Program-made: the position numbers and the translations under genes
Shown here: positions 11,151 through 21,652 of the stretch, piece after piece
Layout: every line of letters begins with the position of its first letter
Position numbering within the stretch: position 1 is the first letter of the stretch
The notes under the pieces: model-generated
Database searches by the model: none
The model's input: only the letters and a program-made list of their open reading frames with translations
Told to the model about the DNA's origin: nothing
Assembly (NCBI GenBank): GCA_977017575.1
Contig: CDRNVI010000024.1
Location: 1-64,000 of the forward strand
Origin: Paramoeba atlantica
Taxonomy: Eukaryota; Protista; Discosea
Direction of reading: 5' to 3'
Length of the DNA: 64,000 nucleotides

Positions 11151-11425
11151 GAGTAGTAGTAGTAGTAATACACAGGGCCATTTGTCTCCGAAGAGATATG
11201 GCCCCCTAGTTCCAGCCTAGGTCCGCTGTGCGGATGCTGATGCTCGAAGCATCTGTACCAACACAGGAGTAATCTCAACCATAGAGGGCACACACCCGAC
11301 TTATCCTCCTATGAAAGGAAGCCACTAATTAACAGCTCCAGGGCAGGAGGGGTTCGCTACCCCCCAGCGTGGATTAACAAGTTAATCCACTACTCTGCCT
11401 TAATTTGTTGCGTGGAAACTACCCT

Positions 11426-12019
11426 AGTTTCTTGACGTCTTGTTGTGCTGACACCGGGTAGCTCCACAACATGGGAGATAGGGGCGCCGAAGGGCGGCGA
11501 AAAGAGGCGCGGTGGAGATCGAAAGGGCGGGGGAGAGTGCAGCGGCGGGAGAGCGCGGCGGGGAGCGCGACGGAGAGAGTGGCGGTGAGAGAAGTCGGCG
11601 AAGGGGGCGGCGAAGGGGCGACGAGGGGGGCGGCGAAGGGCGGAGAAGGGGGCGGAGAAGGGGACGGAGAAGGGGGGGCGAAGAGGGCGAAGGGGGCGGT
11701 GAAGGGGCGGCGAAAAGGGCGGCGAAGGGGGATGAAAGGGGCGGCGAAGCAGGGGGTGAAGGGGGGGCAGGAGCACAGGAGGGGGGCCAGGAGGGCGGCG
11801 CTGGTGGTGGGTAAGCGGGGCGGCGAAGGACGCGCAGGAGGGGGGGGCAGGAGGGCGGCGCTGGTGGTGAGCGGGGCGGCGAAGGACGCGCAGAGCAGTG
11901 GGCGGGGAGGGCGGGGGGCGAAAGGGGGGGGCGACGAAGTCAGCGCAGGAGGGGGGAAAAGAGGCAGCGAAGAAGGGGGCGCAGGGTAAAATGGTGTTGT
12001 GTAAATTTTCAACAAGGTA
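11426..12019 (-). repeat. GC-rich, strand-skewed dispersed repeat with SL remnant at its 5' end
   Basis: TACCTTGTTG at 12010-12019; C-rich body; terminal motif shared with 27505-27542. Confidence 0.7.
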
Positions 12020-12388
12020 ATTTTTCAATATTGATCCGATTCGCTCCCATCGGGTCAATTGGGCATCCCTTCATCATGGGGTATTTTATCTCGCCGAACC
12101 AAGTTTTTCTCAAAAAACTTGCGTAAGTGCCCGATCGCTTGTAAACCGGGGGACGGAATAATATTAAGTTGTTGAAACTTAATAATAACTTGACAACTTA
12201 ATAATAACCTGTCAAACCTAATAATAACCTGTCAACGTTGTGAAACTTAATATTAACTTGTCGGCGGGTTATTATTAAGTTTGTAATAAAATTAACAAAT
12301 TGTTTTTTTATGTATGCAATCTTTAACAATATTTTTTTTATCTGAATCTTTACCCGACTTCATAAACTTCATAAATCTTTCTTTACCT

Positions 12389-14655
12389 TTATTCGGTGGA
12401 GCGTCGTGGGTTACACCATTTATCGAGCCGTCCTTGGAATGATTTTCGTGCCTGGACGCTTTTCCCACGCTTAAAGGCATCTTCGATTCTCTTAGCTTCG
12501 TCTCTCTCATCGTCATCGCTTGGTGGAACAAAGACATATCCTTCTAAACAATTCACATGCGACCACGATGCATCACAAGGGTCGATATACCCCAAGCTTT
12601 TGAATTGTTGAACAACGTTCATAGAAGAGGAAAGGGTCCCTGATTCATCAAGAGAGTCGTTGTCGAGGTTTATAACTTGTTCGTGCGCTCGGGCAACGGC
12701 ATTATGCATCCATTGTCTTTTTTGGCGGGCGGTCCGACGGATATGTTGTTCTCTGTGCCAAATGTTTACTTGCTCGCGTTTGTACGAAGAAGCATAAAAT
12801 ACATCAATCCATTGGATCCAGGATGTTGTTGCAGGGGGTAATATGGCACAATAGCAGTTAGCCACAGTGGCAAACGCATCGAGAACGTCACTTGTTATGT
12901 GAGATCGGCAGGAGTCTAGATAAACTAAAGTGTGGCCTGCGTCATTTATATCCAGTTCACGTTTGAGAAAGGGAATAAAGTCTTGGAGAAAAAAATCTTT
13001 GTTCACGACACCTTTCGGAGTAAAAGCTCGAGCCGTCCTTGCATCAAATATCTCGTGACTAGATCCTTTTCCAGCTCCTTTCCACACGATAAAAGGTTTT
13101 AGAAAGAAATGACTCGTTGGACTTCCATTTTTGTCCAGTTTCACGCCAGCACCGCAGATAAGCGTTGCGCATCGCTTCATATCATTCGGATTGCAACGCC
13201 CTCGTACATCTTCTTCTCCTCGCTGTGCAATTGTTTTTAAAGATTTCATGGACCCGCGAAATGATATGGGAATTTCATCAAAGTTCAGAACGGAACGAAA
13301 CTTTTTTGTTTTAAGACAGCGATAGGCAAACGTATGAAAGGAATGAATTCTTTTCTTTATCTCTTCACTTGATAGCTGAGTTGATCTCTTTACTAATCTT
13401 ATAGACCATTTGTAAGAGTGGAGGAATCTCCCTATCCTACGTTCGCTTACTCTTGTAATCCCCCGTGCTTTGTTCCGCTCTGGTGATTTGCGGTTTTCCT
13501 TTTTCAGCATGCGAAATGCCTCTTGGCGCACCATCTCGGTTGTTATCAAAGCATCGTTCTCTCGAGCTCCAAGAATAAAATAATGCAATTGTTGTTTTAA
13601 CCATTTCAGTTTATGCCCCTTTACATGCCTTTTACGCTTTTGACTATGCCTAGGAATATTAGAGTATGCCATAACTTGCTTTTTGTTAAAAATGTGGACA
13701 CGTTTCTTAGGGAATCGCTTGTCGATCCAAGAGTTTAACTTGCGGAGTGGTCCATAAGCATCTCGATCTTGTTGCGACCAGGAAATCCACTTCTCATATA
13801 TTACACGCTTTTGTCTAGCCGTCCAAATCATCCAAATCCAAATCATTCCGGATTGCTCCGGATGGTCACTGGCAAGCCAGACCCTTCACAGACAGATTTG
13901 GAAGTTCCGAGGCCGACGTTCTCTACCAGTTTCCGCTTGTCCAAGGCGGCACCAACGTGCTGTTGCCAACACGCTGCGTCGACGAATTGTACGTCAACAC
14001 GGCTTACCCAAGAGTTTTAAGCCGGGTAAGGGAGCTGGTTCCCTGAGGGGAGGGTCCGGGACGGTCCTCCGAGTACTGGGCCTAGTCGGTTCTCAGCCCA
14101 GCCTCTTAGAGTGAGGCCGCCAGGAATATTGCGATGAGCGGGTTTGAACTCGCCGTCTGAGCACCATGTGCTTCAAACTTTGAGTTCTTGCCACTCCGCC
14201 ACCTCATATATTACACGCTTTTGTCTAGCCGTGGATTCCACTCGACCGCGCACACCCTGGTCTATATGACGCCCCGTATATACTACGGAATGTTGTTTTT
14301 TGCGCTCGTTCTTGTCTTTCCCTCCAACAGTCAGCTCCGCTCCGTTATCTTCATCATCCGAAGTTGAATTACTCTTAATTTTACTTTCGCTCGCACTTTC
14401 AACATTATATCCTATTTCTTCTTCGCTTGAATTCACACTTTCACATTCGCTTTCACTTTCGCTCTCGCTAGCACTTTCACTTTCTCCATCGCTTCCGCTA
14501 CCAATTAAGTCCGACGAGTCATCAAGCATTTCTACCCCTTCATCATCCTCAAGGGACATAATCTCATCGTTTTCCTGAACGTAGGTTGGGTCACACTCTG
14601 CCTGAGCCAATCTATGAAGGGTCAAACTTTCGGCGAAAAAATCTCCTTCTCCCAT
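12389..14655 (-). pseudogene. pogo/DDE_1 transposase interrupted by SINE A
   Basis: CENP-B-like HTH, VLNFDEIP, LVYLDSCRSH, ILPPATTSWIQWIDV; ORFs 14173-14667 and 12389-13846 join in frame at RQKRVIYE once the SINE and one TSD are removed. Confidence 0.85.
13823..14205 (-). mobile_element. tRNA-headed SINE family A, full-length, long TSD
   Basis: TSD (CTC)ATATATTACACGCTTTTGTCTAGCCGT at 13793-13822 and 14203-14232; A box 14191-14201, B box 14140-14151. Confidence 0.9.
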
Positions 14656-14926
14656 CGAAAAACACAAACTTAATAATAACTTGACAACTTAATAATAACT
14701 TGTCCAGCTTAATAATAACCTGTCTAGCTTAATAATAACTTGTCTAACTTAATAATAAACCGCAACTTAATAATAAACCGCATCTTAATATTATTCCGTC
14801 CCCCGGTTTAGTATTTGTCACCGTAAAAAGTTTATGTCCTTTCCCCAAAACAGTGGCCCCCGTCGCAGAAAACCCGATACATTTGCTTATGTGAAAAGTA
14901 ATTTTTTCAACAAGGTACAGACACAC

Positions 14927-15060
14927 CAACATCACGTTGGTGCCGCCTTGGAAAAGCGGAAACTGATAGACGATGTCGGCCTCGGAATTTCAAAATCTGT
15001 CTGTGAAGGGTCTGGCTTGCCAGTGACCGTCCGGAGCAATCTGGAATGATTTGGATTTTG
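14927..15060 (+). mobile_element. 5'-truncated SINE A copy
   Basis: cacgttggtgccgccttgg...ggaatgatttggattttgg. Confidence 0.85.
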
Positions 15061-15531
15061 GTGGCCAGCCGTCCCCCCCAACACACTTGACCCCCCCCCT
15101 CCCCCCCCCCATCAGCACACCTAGGACCTCTAGAATGTGTTTGTCTAGTCTGTTTGTTCGAGCTTTCCTCGTTTCATGCGACTCGGGTCGCGCTGGGATT
15201 CATGAAAACAGCACATTTTGATCGTCCGGATACGTCCCGCATAATACTTGGACCATGCGGAGTACAAGAAGGTTCCTTCAGCAGCCCGTGATTAGGAAGC
15301 AACACTTCTACAGCCCTTGATCGGAAAATAAGTACACAATCCTGAGGATGTTGAAGACATGGGTAAAGTGAAGGAGAATTCGCCTTTTCCGAAATATAAT
15401 TAGATTTTCCGAAACACTGTTTCAAAAAGATACAAAAAAAGACGTAGTGGAAAGTAGTGTCTTTACCGATTTACAAAGAATGCCAGATATTTCCCAGCCG
15501 TTTTGGGTGCTTTACAGTAGGCTTGTGACGG

Positions 15532-16134
15532 TTATTTTGAATTTATCTCTCTTAAATCGGTTCGATCTATATAAATTGAACGTTTCAGTTTTTCACAGAG
15601 TTTTTTTCGAGCCATATCACCCCAAAGGCCTGCATTATCCGCTAAATATAGGAAAGATAAGTCTTCTGGGAGGTTAAAAAAATTAACAGAACCGGAGAGC
15701 TCATTGTTACCTAACAGAAGCTTTTTCATTGTTCTTGGCATAGCTTGAAGATTAATGCTTCCGGTAAAGTTATTGCTGCCTAAGCTGAGATACTCCAGGT
15801 GGGGTGGCAGATCTTCTAGCGCGATACTACCAGAGAGCTTGTTCGATGACATTCGCAATTTAAGAAGAGTATCCGGTAAGTGTTTCCATTCTAGTGAACC
15901 TTCTAATTTGCGCGCTGCCCAATCAATTCCCATAACTTTGCCTTCTTGATTACAGGTTACTCCATCCCATTCGCAGGCTGGGGTACCGGCCTCCCACGAT
16001 GCATGATGATTGGATACATTTTCAATGAACTTCAACAGTTTATATTCCTGAGGTAATGACGCACGGACTCGCCCTAAACGTGTAGAACTGCATCTTTCGT
16101 CCTTTGTGGGAAAGGCAAACAGGGAATAGAACAT
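15532..16134 (-). CDS. Leucine-rich repeat protein with CxWxGVxC N-cap
   Basis: CEWDGVTC; LxxLxLxxNxLSGSI repeats; paralog of 26446-27156. Confidence 0.85.
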   Translation of the reverse strand: MFYSLFAFPTKDERCSSTRLGRVRASLPQEYKLLKFIENVSNHHASWEAGTPACEWDGVTCNQEGKVMGIDWAARKLEGSLEWKHLPDTLLKLRMSSNKLSGSIALEDLPPHLEYLSLGSNNFTGSINLQAMPRTMKKLLLGNNELSGSVNFFNLPEDLSFLYLADNAGLWGDMARKKLCEKLKRSIYIDRTDLREINSK

Positions 16135-16290
16135 TGAATAAAAATAACCAAGAAACTAAGGAGTGCGCATAAGAGAGGATACTTACGTTATGTTATAGGA
16201 AATTCTACTCTGATACAAAGCAGTGCGGGGTTGTAATCAGCTCTCTACTTTGCAGAATTCTAAGTAAACCCCTCTCACAGTTATTATTTA

Positions 16291-17459
16291 CTGTCCCCCC
16301 CTATTTAGTGTTGAGTGAAATTCAGAAAAATTCAACACTAAATAGGGGGGGGTAAGAAATCTCCTCCTCTCAAAAAAAAGCGCGCCGCTTCGCGGCGTAT
16401 TGTTTTCAAAACCATGAGTATAGTATTTTTTTCACTCAGTTGGGGATACAACTTTATGAACGCTGTGGGGCATTTGTATAAAAGCCCTGTGGGGGGACAT
16501 ATTTTACAAACTGAACAAAAACCTGCCTTGATTCTTCTCTTGGATTGCTGCTCCGTACATACCACGCGCTTTGTACTTATCGCGCGCAACGAAGACACTT
16601 TTTCATGGTTGCGAATTGTATACATTCCAGCAAAGTGCACATGAAGACTTCAGCCTTGTGATGTGGGTTTCTTTAACCGTTTGAAACCAAACTATTAGAC
16701 CACCTAATCATGGCCTTACTGAAATACTGTCAGAGTCAATACACTGAGGGAAAGCGAATCGGTGACACTCGGTCGATCGGAGCAAAAATAAGCAAAGCGC
16801 AGCTTCTTGACAGTATTATCAAAACGTACGCCCACCTTAATGATAATCGGCAGAGGTATGCCAATGTTCAAGCGTGGAGTAAGGTCGGAATTTCGCCGGA
16901 AAGTCTAAATAAACCAGAAAACATCCTTGAAGCGATTCGCCGGGCGAGCGAACTGCTTACAGTGGTACCGGTTCTTGATGCAGCAGAAGAAAATGAAGAG
17001 GAATTTCCCCTGAAAGTGCTGATCACCTCTTTGTTTTGTAAAAGCCTTCGTAAATTTATTTACCACCAGTAGTTAATTTTTTTTAGACAAATTTGTTGTT
17101 AGGAAGAGCGCTTCTCTCGACGCATTTTCATTACTTACTCTATGTTTACTTACCGGAACTGAACTAAAACTTCTTAACTGATGTAAAAAGTCGATGTAAA
17201 AATCAGTATCCTTGGGAAGCTTTCTCATTGATTTTTATAAACATAAATTTAAATTTTCATTTTTGCTATAAATTATAAATTTATTTATAAAAATGAATGA
17301 GAGGGAGAGTAAACAATCACAAATAACAAGCAAAGATAAGAAAAAAAGCGTTATGGAAAAAAAATCAAGCGCCGCTTCGCGGCGCCTATACGCACCGAAC
17401 CCAAAATTCAACACTAAATAGGGGGGGTTGAGCACTCAATAGTAAATAGGGGGGGACAG
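16291..17459 (+). mobile_element. Deleted pogo-like transposon with DDE_1 remnant
   Basis: TIR CTGTCCCCCCCTATTTA; left TA; LLLDCCSVH...IPAKCT*RLQPCDVG at ~16530-16680. Confidence 0.8.
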
Positions 17460-17989
17460 CACATGTAAATAATACGAGCATGCAAATAATAACTGTGTTT
17501 GTAAATATTACGTGTGTTTTACACTTATTATTTACATTTGCGATAAAGGGCACGAAAAAGTGAAAGAAAGCCCGAAACACCGAAAAACATTCAGCGGTTA
17601 GTTCCTCTTGCTGCTCCCGTGTTCCACTTGCTGCTCCCGAAATTGAGCCTTTTCGATGAGATACCCAGCCAACCGATACTGGTAAGGCACTCAAAACGGC
17701 TTAAAACACTGGGAAAGCTGGAGAGTTTGTGAAAAACATTGAGTTTTTGTCTTAGGTCTCGCAAAAATAGTATTAATAGCATTTGCCAAGAGAAGAGTTC
17801 ATAAAAGTGAACTCGCAGTCCAATATGAGCGTGGCTTATTGCGGTGGTTGCATAACTACCGCTCTACCCTCGATTATTGAAAGAAAAAGTCAACAAAAAC
17901 AGTGAAAATATAAAGAGAAACGCAGTAATACAATAGAAGAAAAAAATATAAAAGGGGCTCCGGTAGTCCAAAACTGAAAAAAAAAATTC

Positions 17990-18525
17990 AAATAAATTGG
18001 TGGTCCACGGGGGTCCAGGGGGATACATCGCGATTTTTTTTTCGTTTTTTTTGCTTTTCAAAAAAAGCGGCGATGATTTTCCACCCCCCACCCCCACCTG
18101 GGGGTCCCCCCCCTGGTACGCGCAGGATGGGTCCGACACGGTCAAAACTTCCGAATTTTTTGGGTGGACCCAAAAAATCTATTTTTGACGCGAAAAAAAG
18201 AAAAAATATTATTTTTCCAAAATCGACTCCTAAAACGCTTTTTAAGAGTTTGGGACCTCAGCTACCATTCAACGACGTTTTTTGACAGATTCGCCTCCGG
18301 CCCGTACTGGTAAGGCATCAAAAACGGTCCAAATTCGGGTTAAAATTTCGCAATGTTCGCCGAAAAATCGAGCTTTTTCACCCAGGAAAATAGATTACTC
18401 CTGATCTTTTGGCGATTTTTCTTTCTTAGGCTCTTCGTTAAACGCGGAGGTAGTTTTCAACGCGAAGCGCGTATCATGAGTGACTTCTATGTTGAAAACA
18501 ACCACCGCGTTTAACGAAGAGCCTA
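17990..18525. repeat. Dispersed ~500-bp repeat ending in a ~100-bp palindrome
   Basis: Homologous to 25420-25915; inverted arms taggctcttcgttaaacgcgg..ttttcaac at 18427-18524. Confidence 0.75.
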
Positions 18526-18608
18526 AAAATCCCAATGATTAGTACGAAGGTATTTACACACATGTATTATTATGAATTTATTATATAGATTACTAGTACA
18601 GTATAATG

Positions 18609-18790
18609 TACCTAGGGTAAAGTGGACGAGGGAGATACCAATAGTGTGTGTGCGGCAGTTTCCACAGGACAAACGGCATCTCTACCTTTTTAGGCGCTTT
18701 TCTTCATGCCATAAGGGAGATACCGTTTTTCCTGTGGAAACTGCCGCACCCACACTATTGGTATCACCCTCGTCCACTTTACCATAGGTT
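18609..18790. mobile_element. Foldback MITE with ~80-bp inverted arms
   Basis: ggtaaagtggacgaggg..ataccaatagtgtg.gtgcggcagtttccacagga on both arms. Confidence 0.85.
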
Positions 18791-19221
18791 ACATAGTAAA
18801 AACATGTTCCCTAGGACTCCTTACAGCTTCCCGCGCGAGGAAGTCGTCGTCTCTGCGGCCAAAAGGCAGAAGGCTCATTCTTTTTGCCTTGCGCTTCCTC
18901 CTTCCTCTATGGTCTTGCGTACCCCTTCAAGTTGAAAAAAGAATACGTGGGGAATTTGAGTTTGCCAATCGCTTCCGAAGAAGGGGGTCTCGAGTCGTCC
19001 AAAAGGTGCGTTTTTCTTTCCTAAAACTATCTGTTTATGGTGCTGCCTTTGGTATTTTGCGAAAAAAACCTTTTCCGGGAAAAATTTTTTCGGGCCAAAT
19101 TTCGGGTCAAATTTTATTAATACTGGGTAGCCAGATAGTATCTCCCTCAATAGTACATTATTTATAACTGAGGAATGGGAGTAAAACTTGTACAAATCCA
19201 AGGCATCTCACAGGCTGTGAG

Positions 19222-20103
19222 TCACAGCTCGCAGCCAGACAACTCTAAAACGTTCCGTATGTGAAGAAGAAGCTTCGTGCGCACCTCATCCAAGGGATGT
19301 ACCTCTTTGTAATTTTGAATACTCATATCAAACAATTCCAAACTCTCTTCCTGAAAAGCCTGCGCAATTTGAGATAGAATTCGGTGTTCCCATGACTGTT
19401 GGGTAAAGAATGAATCAAGACGCTCATAATATCGCAAAGTCTCGTAGAAAGATGACACCCCTTCCTCCTTATTTAATGGACGGATGAGCGCCAAATGGCA
19501 CAAACCCGCCAGCAAAAGTTCCCTTCTCGCACACCCGCGAAGTACCCTATCATTAGCATACGTCTTTCCCACTTTCTCGTAAATCTCCAGAGCTTGGCGG
19601 TATTCCCCGGAGAGCGCGAGGAGTCGTGAAGCACGAAGAGAGATTTCGTCCGCCGTCCGTGCGCTACCCTCCCGGTGCCATAGTTTCGAACTTCGCTGAT
19701 ACCAATCTACAGCCCCCGTCGTGTCGCTTTGGAGCTCGCACGTCTCCCCGGCGGTGGTGCACAGCTTAGCGGCAGGCCCATTCCGCCCACGCGCCAAAAG
19801 TAGCTCCGAGGCCTTTTCCAGATAGCGCAGGGCCCGCGGGTCGCTACTTAAGTGATACATGCGAGCCGCGTTTCGAAGATCTTCTACAATGGAGTGCTCC
19901 TCATTGAGCTTGGCAGCCATGTCGTAGGCACGCGTGTACGACTCAGCCGCATCGGACCAATTTCCCGCAGCCTTATAGAGATTCGCGGCGGTGTTGAACA
20001 ACGTTCTGGCCTTTTCGTACTTGGAAGTGCCACCAAAAAGAGAAAACGTTTTTACGGTTTTTTCTGCTTTTTGCGTGATCGCATGAGCTTCATCAACGGA
20101 CAT
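19222..20103 (-). CDS. NAPA: Alpha-soluble NSF attachment protein (Sec17)
   Basis: FSLFGGTSKYEKARTLFNTAANLYK; TPR-like helices; C-terminal motif. Confidence 0.9.
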   Translation of the reverse strand: MSVDEAHAITQKAEKTVKTFSLFGGTSKYEKARTLFNTAANLYKAAGNWSDAAESYTRAYDMAAKLNEEHSIVEDLRNAARMYHLSSDPRALRYLEKASELLLARGRNGPAAKLCTTAGETCELQSDTTGAVDWYQRSSKLWHREGSARTADEISLRASRLLALSGEYRQALEIYEKVGKTYANDRVLRGCARRELLLAGLCHLALIRPLNKEEGVSSFYETLRYYERLDSFFTQQSWEHRILSQIAQAFQEESLELFDMSIQNYKEVHPLDEVRTKLLLHIRNVLELSGCEL

Positions 20104-20502
20104 GGTAAAAAGTATTTAGGGTAGATTCCAAAGTGTACTTTCAAACCGAAAATTGTGAGATCAGTGGGGTTAAAATGTTGGCACACATAACGGCGTACAG
20201 TACTACTTATCTGACCCCACTTTTGGTTACCTAAAAATAGACAGAAGACAACGCATACGATGGAGTACTTGGCCTACTAAATAAAAGAGAAAATTGTCGG
20301 CCAACGCACATGTATAATCTTTGCAAAAAAATCGGCTCCAAGTCGAGAAATACCGAGTCTACAAAAGGGCAACCGAATGAATTAAAGAATGCGTTGTATG
20401 TTACTAAAAAAATGCAGCAACAACAAACACGACTAGCGAACTTACCATAAATATGTTGAATACAATCAAAAATAAACTGAATGACTTTTTTGCTGCATGC
20501 CA

Positions 20503-21282
20503 TTATCTGGTATTTCCGATTTCTTCTGTTCCGTGTAGTTTCCCTGCTGCAGCAATGTACTCGTCCAATGCCCCTCCTTGAATCATTCGGAACCTCAGTT
20601 CAGGAGCCCCACTCGTATTTTCAAAGGAAAGCGTACTGACCTCGACCTTATCCTCCGACAGAGCCGCCACATCCAACACTCGAGAAACCGCCTTCAACGC
20701 GATCTGCACACCCTCCTGCAAACTCATCTCCTCCCTCCACTCCCCTTTCAGCACACTCTGCGCCGTGGTGCTGCCATTCCCAATCGCATGGGCTCTCCAC
20801 GCGGAGTAGTTCCCACTGGGCTCCGTACAGAACAACTGAAACCCCCCCACCTCATCATACCCAGCCAACAGAAACGACACCCCAAACGGCCGCAGCCCAC
20901 CGTACTGCGTGTAGCTCTGTTTTAAATCCGCCACACGCTGGGCCATAGCATCCACTGTGATCCCCTCATGGTAGGTAGCGCGGTGGGACTGCGCCACCCG
21001 GCGGGCGTACTCCACGAGTAGGTAGCTATCACTCGTCATCCCGGCCACCACCAGCGCAAGGTGGTCATCCAACATAAACATCTTATCCCCGGAGAGGGCA
21101 CTGCGGTCGCGGTCCAGCAACGGGGACGGGAGGCGCTTCTCCGCGACGAAGGCTACCCCGTGGTGGGGGGAGACGACCGCGATCGCACAGCCTGCGTGCT
21201 CGATGGATTGTAGCGCGTACTCCACTTGGTAGACCCGCCCCTCGGGGGAGAACATGGTGGTGCGCGAGTCGTACCGGGACAT
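20503..21282 (-). CDS. PSMA4: 20S proteasome subunit alpha-3 (alpha type 4)
   Basis: MSRYDSRTTMFSPEGRVYQVEYA; YTQYGGLRPFGVSFL; EPSGNYSAWRA. Confidence 0.93.
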   Translation of the reverse strand: MSRYDSRTTMFSPEGRVYQVEYALQSIEHAGCAIAVVSPHHGVAFVAEKRLPSPLLDRDRSALSGDKMFMLDDHLALVVAGMTSDSYLLVEYARRVAQSHRATYHEGITVDAMAQRVADLKQSYTQYGGLRPFGVSFLLAGYDEVGGFQLFCTEPSGNYSAWRAHAIGNGSTTAQSVLKGEWREEMSLQEGVQIALKAVSRVLDVAALSEDKVEVSTLSFENTSGAPELRFRMIQGGALDEYIAAAGKLHGTEEIGNTR

Positions 21283-21652
21283 GGGAAGGGGGGAGAGAGA
21301 TTAAGAAAAGATTTCTTTCGTTTGCTAAAATCGTTTAATAAAAATATTTTTTTGAAGAGAATATGATATTTTTCAGAAAAGGAAAGCGGGTTGTGGAGGA
21401 AAAAAGGGGAGAAAGTGACAAGTAGTGGGAGCAGGTTGTAAGTGTGGGTGGCTGCTATATCACTGGCGTGCGAGGTTAATTCTCAGAGAATACTAAAGCA
21501 AATATTAGAACCCAATGTTGTTGTGGAAGTTAACAAACGAAGGATTGTAACGCATTCGGAGATGGGAGAAAAATGCAAAATTAAACTCTTGTGCTATAAT
21601 TTCGTTTTCAGTCCATTGCAATCTAGTTATCTGTAGATTAGAAGACGTACAC

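Larger units (their letters stand above)
12144..14808 (-). mobile_element. pogo-like (Tc1/mariner superfamily) DNA transposon
   Basis: TIR AACCGGGGG(G)ACGGAATAATATTAAG at both ends, TA on each side, subterminal AACTTAATAATAAC arrays, DDE transposase inside. Confidence 0.9.

Noticed and set aside
11390-12058. Pro/Arg/Gly-rich ORFs as real genes
   Set aside because: Open in several frames on both strands because of low complexity; non-ATG starts.
14031-14124. HDV-like or hammerhead ribozyme in the SINE core
   Set aside because: Could not build the P1/P1.1/P2/P3 pseudoknot or the CUGAUGA/GAAA core consistently in both families.
14135-14205. tRNA-Sec (CTTCAAA on + strand) or a tRNA-Ser/Leu gene
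   Set aside because: Flanking stems do not pair; the A/B boxes are on the minus strand and belong to the SINE A head.
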